The notes under the pieces were generated by a model. It had not been told where the DNA came from and did not search any database. It saw only the letters and a program-made list of their open reading frames with translations. DNA of 35,213 nt, from NCBI GenBank assembly GCA_905182825.1, contig CAJJDJ010000048.1, forward strand, positions 1-35,213, given 5' to 3'. How positions within the stretch are numbered: the stretch's first letter is position 1; each line of letters opens with the position of its first letter. The position numbers and the translations under genes are program-made. The stretch comes from Thiotrichaceae bacterium UBA7359. GTDB taxonomy: Bacteria > Pseudomonadota > Gammaproteobacteria > Eutrophobiales > Eutrophobiaceae. Shown here piece after piece: positions 33,796 through 35,213 of this stretch.

Positions 33796-35213
33796 ATGAG
33801 TAGTTCTCTTGTAATTGTTGAGTCACCTGCAAAATGTAAAACACTTGAACGTTATCTTGGTAAGGATTTCAAGGTATTGGCGTCATATGGGCACGTCCGT
33901 GATCTTTTACCTAAAACAGGCGCTGTTGATCCTGAAAATAATTTTTCAATGCGTTATGAAGCTATTGAAAAAAATGCTAAAGCGGTTACTGCTATCTCAA
34001 AAGCACTAAAGAAAGCGGATACATTGTATCTAGCGACTGATCCGGATAGAGAAGGAGAAGCGATATCATGGCATCTTCATGAATTATTAAAAGAAAAAGG
34101 TGAGCTAAAAAATAAGTTAGTACATAGAGTCGTATTTCATGAGGTAACTAAAAGCGCAGTACAGAATGCAATTAAAAATCCGCGAGAATTAGCTTCAAAT
34201 TTAATTGACTCACAACAAGCTCGACGTGCGCTCGATTATCTAGTTGGTTTCAATCTTTCACCATTGCTCTGGAAAAAAATTCAAAGGGGACTTTCTGCTG
34301 GCCGTGTACAGTCTCCTGCACTCAGGATGATTGCTGAACGTGAAAAAGAGATACAAGCATTTGAACCGAGAGAATATTGGACTATTGAAGCTGACCTGGA
34401 ACATAAAAAAAATAATTTCAGTGGTAAGCTTACGCAATATAAGAATGAAAAAATAAAACAATTCACTATAGAGAAAACACAACATGCTGCAGAAATAAAA
34501 GCTACTTTAGACAAAGCAGCTAGTGGTGAATTGTTGGTTGAAACCGTAATTAAGAAACAACGTAAACGTCAACCTGCAGCACCATTTATTACTTCAACAC
34601 TACAGCAAGAAGCCGTGCGCAAGCTAGGGTTCACAGCACAACATGCTATGAGAACAGCGCAACAACTTTATGAAGGAATTGATGTTGGCGAAGGTGCTGT
34701 TGGTCTTATTACCTATATGCGAACAGATTCCATTAATCTAGCTCAAGAAGCAATCATTCAAATTCGCGAATTTATATCAGCTAGATACGGAAAGCAATCT
34801 TTACCCGATGAGCCAAGAGTGTTTAAAACAAAATCTAAAAATGCTCAAGAAGCACACGAAGCCGTTCGTCCAACGTCAATAACTAGAGCTCCGCAGGATA
34901 TAAGAGACAGTTTAACTTCTGAACAATTCAAACTATATGAACTGATCTGGAAAAGAACTATGGCAAGTCAAATGACGAACGCAATCATAGATACTGTCGC
35001 GGTCGACATGTCATGTGGTGATGGAAATCTGTTTCGTTCTAATGGTTCAGCTATCGCTGATGAGGGCTTTATGGCGGTTTATCTTGAAGGCAAAGATGAT
35101 TCTCAAGGTGGTGATGATGAAAAAATGCTACCCCAAATGAAAGAAGGCGATAAAATAAAATTAAAAGAGATACGTGATGAACAACATTTTACTGAGCCAC
35201 CACCACGTTATTC
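33796..35213 (+). CDS. topA: DNA topoisomerase I (3' end outside window)
   Basis: Not in the ORF track because there is no stop inside the window. From the ATG at 33796: MSSSLVIVESPAKCKTLERYLG (Toprim), DPDREGEAISWH, RRALDYLVGFNLSPLLW, and the active-site Tyr region GLITYMRTDS. Confidence 0.95.
   Translation, partial: MSSSLVIVESPAKCKTLERYLGKDFKVLASYGHVRDLLPKTGAVDPENNFSMRYEAIEKNAKAVTAISKALKKADTLYLATDPDREGEAISWHLHELLKEKGELKNKLVHRVVFHEVTKSAVQNAIKNPRELASNLIDSQQARRALDYLVGFNLSPLLWKKIQRGLSAGRVQSPALRMIAEREKEIQAFEPREYWTIEADLEHKKNNFSGKLTQYKNEKIKQFTIEKTQHAAEIKATLDKAASGELLVETVIKKQRKRQPAAPFITSTLQQEAVRKLGFTAQHAMRTAQQLYEGIDVGEGAVGLITYMRTDSINLAQEAIIQIREFISARYGKQSLPDEPRVFKTKSKNAQEAHEAVRPTSITRAPQDIRDSLTSEQFKLYELIWKRTMASQMTNAIIDTVAVDMSCGDGNLFRSNGSAIADEGFMAVYLEGKDDSQGGDDEKMLPQMKEGDKIKLKEIRDEQHFTEPPPRY

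Noticed and set aside
33815-34514. ORF-track entries 33815-34009 (+), 34258-34485 (-) and 34281-34514 (-).
   Set aside because: All overlap the unambiguous topA reading frame, which starts at 33796. That frame is missing from the track only because it has no in-window stop.
1-35213. Whole-window scan by eye for CRISPR repeats, IS or transposase ends, integrases, tRNA/rRNA genes, sigma-54 promoters (TGGCAC-N5-TTGC), LexA boxes, and defence or toxin-antitoxin gene pairs.
   Set aside because: None was found. TGGCA-containing sites (e.g. 9771, 17349, 17755) lack the TTGC element and lie inside CDSs. CTGTATAT at about 13881 lacks the ACAG half-site.

Overview
This is an AT-rich, densely coding chromosomal segment (about 90% coding by eye). 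It looks like core housekeeping DNA of a gammaproteobacterium with a streamlined genome. I support 33 intact or window-truncated CDS, and two of them are missing from the supplied ORF track because they run off the window edges: a DppC/OppC-type ABC permease 3' end at 1-221 and topA from 33796 to the end. Gene order reproduces several classic enterobacterial or Pseudomonas clusters:
- dapF-yigA(DUF484)-xerC
- hslVU
- DUF971-ubiE-ubiJ-ubiB
- gpmI-envC-ctpA
- rhodanese(yibN-like)-secB-gpsA, and trmL
- def-fmt-rsmB...trkA-trkH
- LysM(TsaP-like)...smg-topA

I saw no rRNA, tRNA, CRISPR array, IS element, integrase, phage gene or recognisable defence or toxin module. I found no convincing self-contained novel system.

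The observations most worth a second look are:
1. A DUF4390-NtrY-NtrX cassette inserted into the otherwise conserved rsmB/trkA junction. Its regulator has a visibly degenerate AAA+ domain: Walker A GESGTDKE, Walker B DD, and no GAFTGA.
2. Two syntenic holes that appear to hold decayed gene remnants. dprA is missing between the LysM gene and smg, and a yibQ-like gene is missing downstream of ctpA.
3. An orphan Firmicute-type class 1B dihydroorotate dehydrogenase subunit.
4. A DUF971 gene translationally coupled into ubiE-ubiJ-ubiB.
5. A TehB-like methyltransferase plus small TPR protein fused onto the end of trkA-trkH.
6. A 12-bp perfect inverted repeat bracketing 81 bp in the convergent gpsA/trmL spacer.

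All family assignments come from motif recognition by eye. No database search, HMM or statistics were run.
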